Source: Dehalococcoidia bacterium (GTDB taxonomy: Bacteria > Chloroflexota > Dehalococcoidia > Bin125). From it: a stretch of DNA of 64,000 nt. Below are positions 9,900 through 18,009 of this stretch, piece by piece. Where the stretch lies: NCBI GenBank assembly GCA_965242485.1, contig CBDESM010000002.1, positions 25,266 through 89,265 on the forward strand, written 5' to 3'. How positions within the stretch are numbered: position 1 is the stretch's first letter; each line of letters begins with the position of its first letter. Under the pieces are notes generated by a model, which searched no databases, had not been told where the DNA came from, and saw only the letters and a program-made list of their open reading frames with translations. Made by a program: the position numbers and the translations under genes.

Positions 9900-11399
9900 T
9901 TACGCGCGGGCCAAGAGGCGGATGGCGAAGACGGCGGAGAGCGCGAGCGCGACGGCAGAGAGGGCGATCAGCGGGTATTCCCAAGGGAAGCCGCTGTCTA
10001 CGGGGAAGAACGGGGCGGGGCGGCGCTCTGATTGCCGGGCGCGGATTTCGCCGGTGCGGGCGCTGATCTCCGCTTCCGAACGGTCGTCGACCCAGCCGTC
10101 CTCGTCATCGGCGGGGGCGTCAGCCGCGGCCTCGTCTCCCGCGTCGTCCCCGGCTGCCGCCGCATCGCCTTCGTCCGCGTCCGACTCGGCGTCGTCCTGC
10201 TGCTGCGCGTCTTCAGCCGCTGGTTGCTCGGCTCGGCCGTCATCCTCGGATTCCTCGTCGGCGATGACGGGGCCGGAGATGACTTCGTCTTCGACGGTGG
10301 TGCTGCGGTCTTCGCCGCGTTCGCGGGGGGCGAGGCCGACCGACTCGCGCCATTGATTCTCGAGTTCGTCGCGGCCGAAGCCGTAGACCTCTTGGAGCGC
10401 GTTCTCCGTGGTCGAGCCGGCCTTGAAGACGCGGAACAGCTCGGCTATCAAGGGGCCGCCGTACCGCTCGATCAGGAAGTCCACGATCGCGGCGGACTGC
10501 CCGTAGAAGAGGTCGACTTGGCCGGCGAGGTTGGTCGACGATTCCATCGCGCGCAGGGTCAGCACGGCATCGGCGCGGATCGCCCGATTGACGGCGGGCA
10601 TGCGGCGCTCGCGCCAGTCGAGCTCGCGGATCGTGGCCATGCCCTCGTCGAGCCAGGCGGGGATCGCGCCAATGCCGCCCTCGCCGGCGACCTTGGTCAG
10701 CACGTGCGTCACTTCATGGCGGACCACCCAGCGGGTCGGCGTGAAGACGTGGATCAGGTCGGCGAGGACGCGCTGGCCGCCCGTGACGACCTCTTCGGAG
10801 TAGCCCTCGGGCCGCGGGCGGTCGACCCCTTGCGCGTCTTCGCTGCCCAGCCAGACGTAGATGTGGATCGGGAAGCCGACTTCGGTTTCCAGCAGCGCTT
10901 CGCTGGTTTCGAGCGACTCCGCGCCTTCGGCGGCGAGCACGGCAGCGAGCTCCTCCGCGCCGTAGTAGTGGATGATCACGTCGCCGCGGCGGACTTCGCG
11001 CCACTCGTAGCGCGGGTCCTCGTAGGCCCACGGCTCGAGCTCGGTCAGGTGCTCCTCGCCGTCGGCCGTGATCAGCTGCCACTGCCACTCGAAGCGGGAG
11101 CCGGCGGGAATCCAGACGTCGCCGCGGGCGGTCGGGATCTCCGCCCGCAGGCGGGTCGCGTCGCCGGCGGTGATCTCGGCCGGCAGGCGGGTGATCGCGC
11201 CTTCGGGCAGCACGCGGTAGAGCAGCGTCGCTTCGGAGAGTTCCGCGCCGCGCACGAGTGCGGAGACGTCGACCGTGGCCGGCCAGTTGTCGCGGCGGAA
11301 GTCGGTGCTGACGACCTGGGGGGACTGCGCGGAGATCGCCGGACCGAGCCAGGCGAGGGCGGCAGCGGCGATCAGCAGGGCCAGCGCGGCCTTCCTCAC
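9900..11399 (-). CDS. Secreted peptidase MA-like zinc metallohydrolase with acidic linker and C-terminal membrane anchor
   Basis: HExxH (HEVTHVL) in a peptidase_MA-like context; signal-like N-terminus; Asp/Glu/Ala-rich low-complexity region; C-terminal hydrophobic helix. Likely GTG start at 11399 that overlaps the prfB stop (GTGA). Confidence 0.6.
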   Translation of the reverse strand: MRKAALALLIAAAALAWLGPAISAQSPQVVSTDFRRDNWPATVDVSALVRGAELSEATLLYRVLPEGAITRLPAEITAGDATRLRAEIPTARGDVWIPAGSRFEWQWQLITADGEEHLTELEPWAYEDPRYEWREVRRGDVIIHYYGAEELAAVLAAEGAESLETSEALLETEVGFPIHIYVWLGSEDAQGVDRPRPEGYSEEVVTGGQRVLADLIHVFTPTRWVVRHEVTHVLTKVAGEGGIGAIPAWLDEGMATIRELDWRERRMPAVNRAIRADAVLTLRAMESSTNLAGQVDLFYGQSAAIVDFLIERYGGPLIAELFRVFKAGSTTENALQEVYGFGRDELENQWRESVGLAPRERGEDRSTTVEDEVISGPVIADEESEDDGRAEQPAAEDAQQQDDAESDADEGDAAAAGDDAGDEAAADAPADDEDGWVDDRSEAEISARTGEIRARQSERRPAPFFPVDSGFPWEYPLIALSAVALALSAVFAIRLLARA

Positions 11400-12521
11400 G
11401 CCGCCGCCCCTTCGGCGATCCTCGTCTGCAGCCAGGCGCGCATCAGCGGTTCGACCTCGCCGTCCAGCACGCCCGTCGTGTCCGAGGTTTCCCACTGCGT
11501 CCTCAGATCCTTGACCATCTGGTACGGGTGCAGCACGTAGGAGCGTATCTGGTTGCCCCAGGCGGGCTGCTTGCGTTCGCCGCGCAGCGCCTGCTTCTCC
11601 GCCTCCTGCCGTTCCTCCTCCAGTTTCAGCAGCTTGGCCATCAGCACGGTTTTCGCGCTCTCGCGGTTGCGCCTGAGCGAACGTTCGTTCTGGCAGGAGA
11701 CGACGATCCCAGTCGGCAGGTGCGTGATCCGCACCGCGGTCGAGTTCTTCTGCACGTTCTGCCCTCCGTGCCCGGAAGCGCGGAACACGTCCGTCTTGAG
11801 GTCGTTCTCCTCGTCGATCTCGATCTCGGCCGCGCCCTCGACTTCGGGCAAGATCACGACCTCGGCGAAAGCGGTGTGGCGCAGCTTGTCGTTGTCGAAC
11901 GGGGAAATGCGGACCAGCCGGTGGACGCCGTGCTCGGAACGGAGCCAGCCGTAGGCGGAATCGCCCTTGACTTCGATGATGGTGCTTTTGATCCCGGCCT
12001 CGTCGCCGCGCACGACATCGATCAGGTCGGCGTCGAAGCCGCCGCGCTCGGCCCAGCGCAAGTACATCCGCTGGAGCATCTCGGCCCAGTCCTGCGCGTC
12101 GACGCCGCCGGTGCCGGGGCGCAGCTCGATGATCGCGTTGCGCTCGTCGTAGGGCCCGGAGAAGGCGAGCTGGAAGGATTCGCGCTCGATCGCGCCGGCG
12201 ATCTGCTCAACCTCGGAGTCCATATCGGTCGCGAGCTCGAGCCGCTCGGCTTCGTCGTCGACCAGCGCGGCGAGCTCGATCAGCTCCTTGGCGTCGCGGA
12301 TGCGGCGGTCGAGGCCGTCCCACGTTTCGATCATGGCCTGGCGCGAGGCGAGCCGCCGCATGTGCGCCCGCGCCCGCTCGCCGTCGTCCCAGAAGCCGGC
12401 GGCGGCGGACTCCCGTTCAAGTCGCGCCGCTTCCGCGCGCATCGCGGTCAGGTCAAAGACGCTCCAAGACGTCGCGCAGCCGCGCCTCGACCTCGTTCAG
12501 CAGGTCCTGCAGATCGTCCAC
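11396..12521 (-). CDS. prfB: Peptide chain release factor 2, with programmed +1 ribosomal frameshift
   Basis: The downstream frame (11396-12442) aligns to RF2 from residue ~27, including the GGQ region (SGHGGQNVQK). On the minus strand upstream I read GTG-GAC-GAT-...-GAG-CGT-CTT-TGA-C (22 codons, GTG at 12521), i.e. the canonical CUU-UGA-C shift site preceded by an internal SD (GGAG). Confidence 0.9.
12452..12458 (-). promoter_or_regulatory. prfB: prfB +1 frameshift site CTT TGA C (autoregulatory recoding signal)
   Basis: Minus-strand reading ...ttggagcgtCTTTGACctgaccgcgATGcgc...; the in-frame TGA is at 12455-12453. Confidence 0.85.
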
Positions 12522-12563
12522 GAAGCCCCTCCGGCGCGGTTTCCGCGCGCGGCCGTCACGGTA

Positions 12564-13472
12564 TCAGTGGAGCGCCCGCGCGGAAGCGCGCGCCAGCCGC
12601 GCCGCCCGCGTCACGTTGTTCAGCAGCATCGCCACGGTCATCGGGCCGACGCCGCCGGGCACGGGCGTGATCGCCGCCGCGATTTCGGAGACCGCCTCGA
12701 ACTCGACGTCGCCGGCCAGCCGGTAGCCGCGCTTGCGGGAAGGATCGTCGACGCGGTTGACGCCGACATCGATCACGACGGCGCCGGGGCGGACCATGTC
12801 GGCGGTGATCGCGCCGGCACGGCCGGCGGCGGCGACGAGGATGTCGGCCCGCCGTGTGTGCCCGGCCAGGTCTTCGGTCGCGGTATGGCAGATCGTGACC
12901 GTCGCGTTGGCGCCCGAGCGCTTCTGGGCCAGCATCGCGGCCAGCGGCATGCCGACCAGCCGCGAGCGGCCGACGACGACGACGTGCTTGCCGGCCGGAT
13001 CGCGGCCCGAGCGCACGAGCAACTGCTGGACGCCGTGCGGCGTCGCCGGCAGGAAGCGCTCGCGCCCGAGCAGGATGCGGCCCTGGTTCTCCGGGTGCAG
13101 GCCGTCCACGTCCTTGAGCGGGTCGATCCGGTCGAGCAATGGCTCCGGCGGCACGCCGTCGGGCAGGGGCAGCTGGAGGATGATCCCGTGCACCGACGGG
13201 TCCTCGTTGAGATCGTCGATGCGCTGTTCGATCTGCGAGAGCAGGACGACGGCCGGGCCGGACGGAATGCGGTGGACGTCGACGCGGATGCCGGTTTCGG
13301 CGGCGGCGCGCTCCTTGCCGCGGACGTAGGAGGCGGAGGCGGGATCGTCGCCGACGAGGACGACGGCGAGGCGGGGGAGCAGGCCGTCGTCGAGCATCGC
13401 CTCGGTCTGCGCGGCGAGCCCGGCGCGGATGCCGGCGGCGATTTCGGCCCCGTCGATGATCGAAGCGGTCAC
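12564..13472 (-). CDS. folD: Bifunctional methylenetetrahydrofolate dehydrogenase / methenyl-THF cyclohydrolase
   Basis: IIDGxxIA N-terminus, YVxxKxxAAxxxGI, DGxxxQLPLP, PxKDVDG, TPVPGGVGPMTVAML, which is the FolD signature throughout. The long ORF's Arg-rich N-terminal extension is discarded; start set at GTG 13472 (VTASIIDG). Confidence 0.85.
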   Translation of the reverse strand: MTASIIDGAEIAAGIRAGLAAQTEAMLDDGLLPRLAVVLVGDDPASASYVRGKERAAAETGIRVDVHRIPSGPAVVLLSQIEQRIDDLNEDPSVHGIILQLPLPDGVPPEPLLDRIDPLKDVDGLHPENQGRILLGRERFLPATPHGVQQLLVRSGRDPAGKHVVVVGRSRLVGMPLAAMLAQKRSGANATVTICHTATEDLAGHTRRADILVAAAGRAGAITADMVRPGAVVIDVGVNRVDDPSRKRGYRLAGDVEFEAVSEIAAAITPVPGGVGPMTVAMLLNNVTRAARLARASARALH

Positions 13473-13674
13473 GCAGCGAGGGTATCCCGCCGCCCTTCTA
13501 GGCGCGCCCGCGCGGATCCGCGGCGGACGGTATCCGCCCGCTAACAGTGGCCGGCCCGTTATGGACGGCGCGCGCGGCATTTGACGCGGCGCTGATGGAT
13601 CGGCGCGGGCCGCTGGCTAGGGTGATCGGCGTTGCGTTTCGGCAGCCTCGGGCGGCGGGGCCGGTGCCGCGGCG

Positions 13675-14280
13675 GTGTCACTGCTACCCCACTCGATCTC
13701 CAGTGACGTCTCCGAGCGGATCGGGCGCGCGGCCGCGCGCACCGGTTTGACGCCCAACGCCTTCACGGTCCTCGGCCTGACGGGCGCGGGCGCCGCCGCG
13801 GCGCTGATCTCCTTCGGTTGGCTCTGGCAGGGCGGGGTCGTCTTCCTCGCCGCCTCGCTCTTCGATCTGCTCGACGGCGCGGTCGCCCGGGCGACCGAGC
13901 GCGCGAGCGATTGGGGCGCCGTCTTCGACGCCGTCTCCGACCGCCTCGCGGACTTCGCGATCCTGTTCGCGATCATCATCTGGGCGAGCGGCGCCGACGT
14001 CGGCCGCCGCGAGCTGGTGATCGTCGCAACCGTGGCGATGTTCGGCGGGATGCTGGTGAGTTATACGCGCTCGAAGGCGGGCGAGTTCGGCGTGCGCATC
14101 CGCAGCGGCCTCGGCACGCGGGCGGAGCGCACCGTGATCCTCGGCGCCGCGCTCGTCTTCGGCGGCGCAGTTCACATCGACGCGCTGCGCATCTGCCTCT
14201 ACCTGCTCGCCGTGCTCGCCTGCCTCACCGCCCTGCAGCGCTGGTACCTCACCTGGTCCGCAATGCGCGACTCCGCCTAG
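13675..14280 (+). CDS. CDP-alcohol phosphatidyltransferase (likely phosphatidylinositol-phosphate synthase / PgsA-like)
   Basis: Motif D-x2-DG-x2-AR-x8-G-x3-D-x3-D is present (DLLDGAVARATERASDWGAVFDAVSDRLAD), with multiple TM segments. The ino1 and pimA-like genes nearby suggest a PI-type substrate. Confidence 0.8.
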   Translation: MSLLPHSISSDVSERIGRAAARTGLTPNAFTVLGLTGAGAAAALISFGWLWQGGVVFLAASLFDLLDGAVARATERASDWGAVFDAVSDRLADFAILFAIIIWASGADVGRRELVIVATVAMFGGMLVSYTRSKAGEFGVRIRSGLGTRAERTVILGAALVFGGAVHIDALRICLYLLAVLACLTALQRWYLTWSAMRDSA

Positions 14281-14885
14281 CGGTCGAATAAAGCCCAGAT
14301 TCGCTTGAAGTCGACGACGAAACCGGGCATCTCGGGGCCGACTTCCAGCGTCAGCGGGCTCACGTGCACTTCCGGTTCGCCATCGTCGCAGAAGACGTAG
14401 ACCGTCTTGGACAAAGGGTCGATCATCCAGACGACTTTCGCGCCGTCGCGCATCCACTCGCGCGCGCTCTCCAGCTGCGAGGCGACCGACTGGCCGATGC
14501 GTCGAATCTCGACCACGACAGACGGGATTATGCGCGGATAGCCGGGTTCGCCGGCTTGGCGCAGCACCTTTTCGCCCTGCTCGGCGGTGAACCAGCACGC
14601 ATTGGGAGCACGCGTCCGCAGATCATGCGGCCGGCGAACCCCGGCGCCGGCGCCACTGACCAAGCCGCCGGCCTCGTCCGCCCAATTCATGAACTGCTGG
14701 ATCAGCATCACCCCGATGTACGGCGCGAAGCCGGGGCTGCTTCCAGAGAGGATGAGTTCCCCTCGCGCCCCGCGCTCGATGTCCAAGTGCGGGTTCAGCT
14801 CGGCGCAGCGCTCGAGCAGATCATCCGTCAGCGGCGTTTCGGCCGGCAGCTCGACGACGTAGACCGCGTCCTCGGCCGCATCCAC
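14277..14885 (-). CDS. Uma2 family endonuclease
   Basis: PSVVVEIRRIGQS, VVWMIDP, GPEMPGFVVDFKRIW. Confidence 0.75.
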   Translation of the reverse strand: MDAAEDAVYVVELPAETPLTDDLLERCAELNPHLDIERGARGELILSGSSPGFAPYIGVMLIQQFMNWADEAGGLVSGAGAGVRRPHDLRTRAPNACWFTAEQGEKVLRQAGEPGYPRIIPSVVVEIRRIGQSVASQLESAREWMRDGAKVVWMIDPLSKTVYVFCDDGEPEVHVSPLTLEVGPEMPGFVVDFKRIWALFDR

Positions 14886-14898
14886 GAGAGCGGCCGGG

Positions 14899-15519
14899 CT
14901 AGCAGCCGGACTTGACGAGGTCGACGATCTCGCGGACGGTTTCGTCGCGCCAGCTGGCCCACTCGTCGCCGCGCTGGAGGTCCTGGTAGCCCTGCCGGAT
15001 GCGGGCGCGGTGGTCGTCTTCGTTCTCGTCCTCGCCGCGCTTGAACAGCCGCTGCATGTCGGCCATGTACTCGTTGGCCTTGGCCGGGCGCTCGATCCAA
15101 TGCCCGATGTACTCGTGCTCCGGCGTGTAGAGCACGGCCGTCGGGATGCTCTGGTGCTCGCCGTCCTTGAGGAATTCGCGCATGATGTCGAGGTGCTCGT
15201 CGCGCGGGAAGATGCGCAGCTCCCAGCCGGCGTTGGCGGCGACTTCGGCCAGCACGGGCAGGCCGCGGTAGACGTCGGGGCACCAGTCCTCGCCGAGCAC
15301 GAGCATCTTCAGGCGCGGCAGCTGCTGCAGCTCGGCCCGGTGCTCGTCGGAGAGCTGCCAGGAGCCCATGTTGCGGACGAAGCGCTCGACGTTGGAGCCG
15401 CGCGGGTTGCCGCTGGGCGAGGGGCGCTGCTGGTTCTCCTCGGAGGCGATGTAGGCCAGGTACTGGTTCCAGGTCATGCCGGAGGCGAAGCGTTCCTCGG
15501 TGACTGCGGAGTCGGTCAT
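14899..15519 (-). CDS. Thioredoxin-family protein
   Basis: Start taken at Met 15519 (MTDSAVTEE) with an AAAGGA RBS. WCPDV segment with a thioredoxin-like length and fold pattern. The upstream Arg/Pro-rich extension is rejected. Confidence 0.55.
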   Translation of the reverse strand: MTDSAVTEERFASGMTWNQYLAYIASEENQQRPSPSGNPRGSNVERFVRNMGSWQLSDEHRAELQQLPRLKMLVLGEDWCPDVYRGLPVLAEVAANAGWELRIFPRDEHLDIMREFLKDGEHQSIPTAVLYTPEHEYIGHWIERPAKANEYMADMQRLFKRGEDENEDDHRARIRQGYQDLQRGDEWASWRDETVREIVDLVKSGC

Positions 15520-15559
15520 GTCGCGTTCCTTTCCGGGCGGCGCGGGCTCGCGGCCGCCG

Positions 15560-15814
15560 TTATGCGTGATCCTGATGGCAGGGGCATGAGCACTCGTCGA
15601 GCGAGTAGCGCATGACGTCGATATAGGTGGATTCGGCCAGCCGCTCGGCCAGGTCCGCGGAAAGGCCGGTGCCGCCGGGACCGCGCGCCTCGCGGACCTT
15701 CTCGTAGGCATAGGCGGCCATGGCCGAAGCGCGGTTGATGACGTCGGCCAAGTCGGAGCGGACGACGCCTTCCTCGCCCGCTGCCCTGTCCAGATCGGCG
15801 CCTTGATCGCTCAC
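15560..15814 (-). CDS. Small hypothetical protein (~84 aa) with C-terminal CSCPCH motif
   Basis: GGAGGTGG RBS then GTG. Normal-composition ORF ending ...YSLDECSCPCHQDHA*. No known domain. Confidence 0.3.
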   Translation of the reverse strand: MSDQGADLDRAAGEEGVVRSDLADVINRASAMAAYAYEKVREARGPGGTGLSADLAERLAESTYIDVMRYSLDECSCPCHQDHA

Positions 15815-15923
15815 GTCGCCACCTCCCCGGCAGCGGTGCGGCCGTCCGCCCCGCTCGGTGGCGATTATCGTACACGCCTGCGATGCCCGGCAACGGCCGC
15901 GGCAGGGCGACGGGAGGCGCGCG

Positions 15924-16820
15924 ATGGCCCAGATGGAGTTCGGCTGCCAGATACCGGCTTGGCATTGGCGCTGGGACGTGTCCGAGCTGCGCGACTGGGC
16001 GCAGGGCGTCGAGGCGCTCGGCGCGGACTTCATCTCGATGGCCGACCACGTCACCTACCAGTACGAGACGCCGGATCGGCCGATCACGGGGCCCTACCGA
16101 GACGACGTGCAGCAACACGAGGTGATGACGACGCTGGCCTGGTTGGCGGCGCACACGAGCCGGGTGGCGCTGCAGCCGAACGTGCTGGTGCTGACCCAGC
16201 GCGAGCCGGTGCTGGTGGCCAAGCAGGCCGCCGAGATCGACGTGCTCTCTGGCGGCCGCCTGCGGCTGGGGCTGGGGATCGGCTGGCAGGAGGGCGAGTA
16301 CGAGTCGCTGGGGGTGCCGTTCCGGCGGCGCGGCGCGCGGATGGACGAGGCGATCGAGGTGCTGCGCGCCTGCTGGACGATGGAGCCGATCAACTTCGAG
16401 GGCGAATGGACGACGATCCGCGAGATGAGCATGCTGCCCAAGCCGGTCACGCCCGGCGGCCCGCCGCTGCTCTTCGGCGGGCTCTCGGAGCCGGCCGTCG
16501 CGCGCGCGGCAAGGGTCGGCGACGGCTGGATCGCGCCGGTGCAGTCGGAAGTGGCGGCGCTGGCCGACGTGTCGGACCGGCTGCGGGCGGCGCTGGCCGC
16601 GAACGGGCGCGAGGAGGATGCGTTCCCGTTGCAATGGCTGCCGCCGATGGACGAGAACCTCGAGCGGACGCGCGACACGCTGCAAGCGGCCAAAGACGCC
16701 GGCTTCACCCGACTCGGCGTCGGCATGCCCAACTACGACCGCGAGGGCCAAGTCCCCGTCGACCAGTACCTGCGCCAACTGGAAGCAGTCTGGCGCGAAG
16801 TCTGGTCCGGCCTGCGCTGA
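15924..16820 (+). CDS. LLM-class F420-dependent oxidoreductase (luciferase-like monooxygenase family)
   Basis: TIM-barrel LLM signatures; GGGAGG RBS before Met 15924 (MAQMEFGCQ). Confidence 0.8.
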   Translation: MAQMEFGCQIPAWHWRWDVSELRDWAQGVEALGADFISMADHVTYQYETPDRPITGPYRDDVQQHEVMTTLAWLAAHTSRVALQPNVLVLTQREPVLVAKQAAEIDVLSGGRLRLGLGIGWQEGEYESLGVPFRRRGARMDEAIEVLRACWTMEPINFEGEWTTIREMSMLPKPVTPGGPPLLFGGLSEPAVARAARVGDGWIAPVQSEVAALADVSDRLRAALAANGREEDAFPLQWLPPMDENLERTRDTLQAAKDAGFTRLGVGMPNYDREGQVPVDQYLRQLEAVWREVWSGLR

Positions 16821-16865
16821 AACAGCGGCTCAGCATCGACAGATTGCATCAGGCGATAGGTGAAA

Positions 16866-16887
16866 CGACTTTTCGCGTGAAAAGTCG
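16866..16887. terminator. Perfect 9-bp hairpin between convergent genes (putative bidirectional terminator)
   Basis: cgacttttc-gcgt-gaaaagtcg, located between the LLM stop (16820) and the pimA-like stop (16896). Confidence 0.5.
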
Positions 16888-16895
16888 CCCATTGA

Positions 16896-17987
16896 TCAGG
16901 CGGGATCGGCGAGGAGTCGCCGGTAAAGATGCTCGTGAGCGCGGCCGACGATGGCGGCACTGAAGCGACGGGCGCCGGCGCGGCCGTTGGCGATCAGGCG
17001 CGCGCGTTCGGCGTCGTCTTGGAGAACGCGGGCGAGGGCGGCGGCCAGGGCGTCCGCATTGTCGGGCGGGACGAGCAGGGCGTCGCGGCCGTTCCGGGTG
17101 GCGATGCGGTAGCCGGCGATGTCAGACGCGACGACGGGGGCGCCGGCAGACATCGCTTCAATCAGCGTCAGGCCCAGCGCTTCGCCGCCCAACGCGGGCG
17201 AGCAGAACATGGCGGCGGCCGCCATCAGCTCCCGTGCACGGGCCGGCGGAACCGGGCCGAGGAAGTCAACCCGCTCCGCGACGCCCAAGCGGGCGGCAAG
17301 CTGCCGCGGCCGATCCGAGACCGGCCCGGCGACGACGATACGCGTATCGCTATCTCGCGCCAGCAACGCGGCGGCCCGCAGCAGGACGGGCAAACCCTTG
17401 CGCGGCTCGTCGCGGCCGACGAAGAGGATCGCGCCCGCAGCCGCGTCGTCTGCATCGGCGGATGGCAGCGGGGTAATGGCGGGAGGGATGATGCGGACGG
17501 GGCCGGGCAGCGCGGGAGCGGCCGTGGCCAAGGCGACGTTGGAAACCGCGATCAGCGCATCGGCGCGGGAGAGCATCCGCCGCGCGAGCGGGCGCAATGC
17601 TCGATAGGCGCGCGCCGACGACGGCTCGGCCGAGTGCAGCGTGCAGACCAGCTTCGCCGAGCGCGATGCCGCCGCCAGCGCGACCGACCCGAGCAGGGGC
17701 AGCAACGGCTCCTGGACGTGGATCACATCCCACGACGGGTCTGCAGCGAGCGCGCGGACCCGTGCCAGCGCGCGCGGGTCGAGCAGAAGATCGGCATCGG
17801 TGCCGCCGAGCCTGCGACGGATCGGGCGGCCGAGCGGCTCGACGCCAAGCGGCGAAGCGCCCGATGCCGGCGCGGCGAGCTCGACTTCATGGCCGCGGCT
17901 CCACAGCCAGTCGGAGATCGCCGTCGCGTGCGTCTGCACGCCGCCGGGCTTGGCGGCGTCGTAGGGCATCAGCTGCAGGATGCGCAT
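16896..17987 (-). CDS. pimA: GT4 glycosyltransferase, phosphatidylinositol mannosyltransferase PimA-like
   Basis: MRILQLMPY..KPGGVQTHA..GHEV N-terminus, the EPRKG motif and C-terminal E-x7-E region closely parallel mycobacterial PimA. Confidence 0.75.
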   Translation of the reverse strand: MRILQLMPYDAAKPGGVQTHATAISDWLWSRGHEVELAAPASGASPLGVEPLGRPIRRRLGGTDADLLLDPRALARVRALAADPSWDVIHVQEPLLPLLGSVALAAASRSAKLVCTLHSAEPSSARAYRALRPLARRMLSRADALIAVSNVALATAAPALPGPVRIIPPAITPLPSADADDAAAGAILFVGRDEPRKGLPVLLRAAALLARDSDTRIVVAGPVSDRPRQLAARLGVAERVDFLGPVPPARARELMAAAAMFCSPALGGEALGLTLIEAMSAGAPVVASDIAGYRIATRNGRDALLVPPDNADALAAALARVLQDDAERARLIANGRAGARRFSAAIVGRAHEHLYRRLLADPA

Positions 17988-18009
17988 GGCGGGACGCCGG
18001 CCGCGGCGG

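Larger units (their letters stand above)
7900..9900. repeat. Tandem triplication (~665-bp period) carrying the three Uma2 genes
   Basis: Gene starts at 7931, 8595 and 9261. Long identical nucleotide stretches at both gene ends; the spacers share gtacccggtac and ttgcgaggagcagcc. Confidence 0.85.

Noticed and set aside
11399-11495. N-terminal 32 codons of the peptidase ORF (MGNLGHDGRAGRRGR...)
   Set aside because: This overlaps the prfB 3' end and is Arg-rich. A GTG at 11399 immediately before the signal-peptide-like VRKAALALLIAAAALA is the more plausible start.
13473-13580. N-terminal 36 codons of the folD ORF
   Set aside because: Arg/Pro/Gly-rich and absent from FolD homologs. FolD begins at the IIDG motif.
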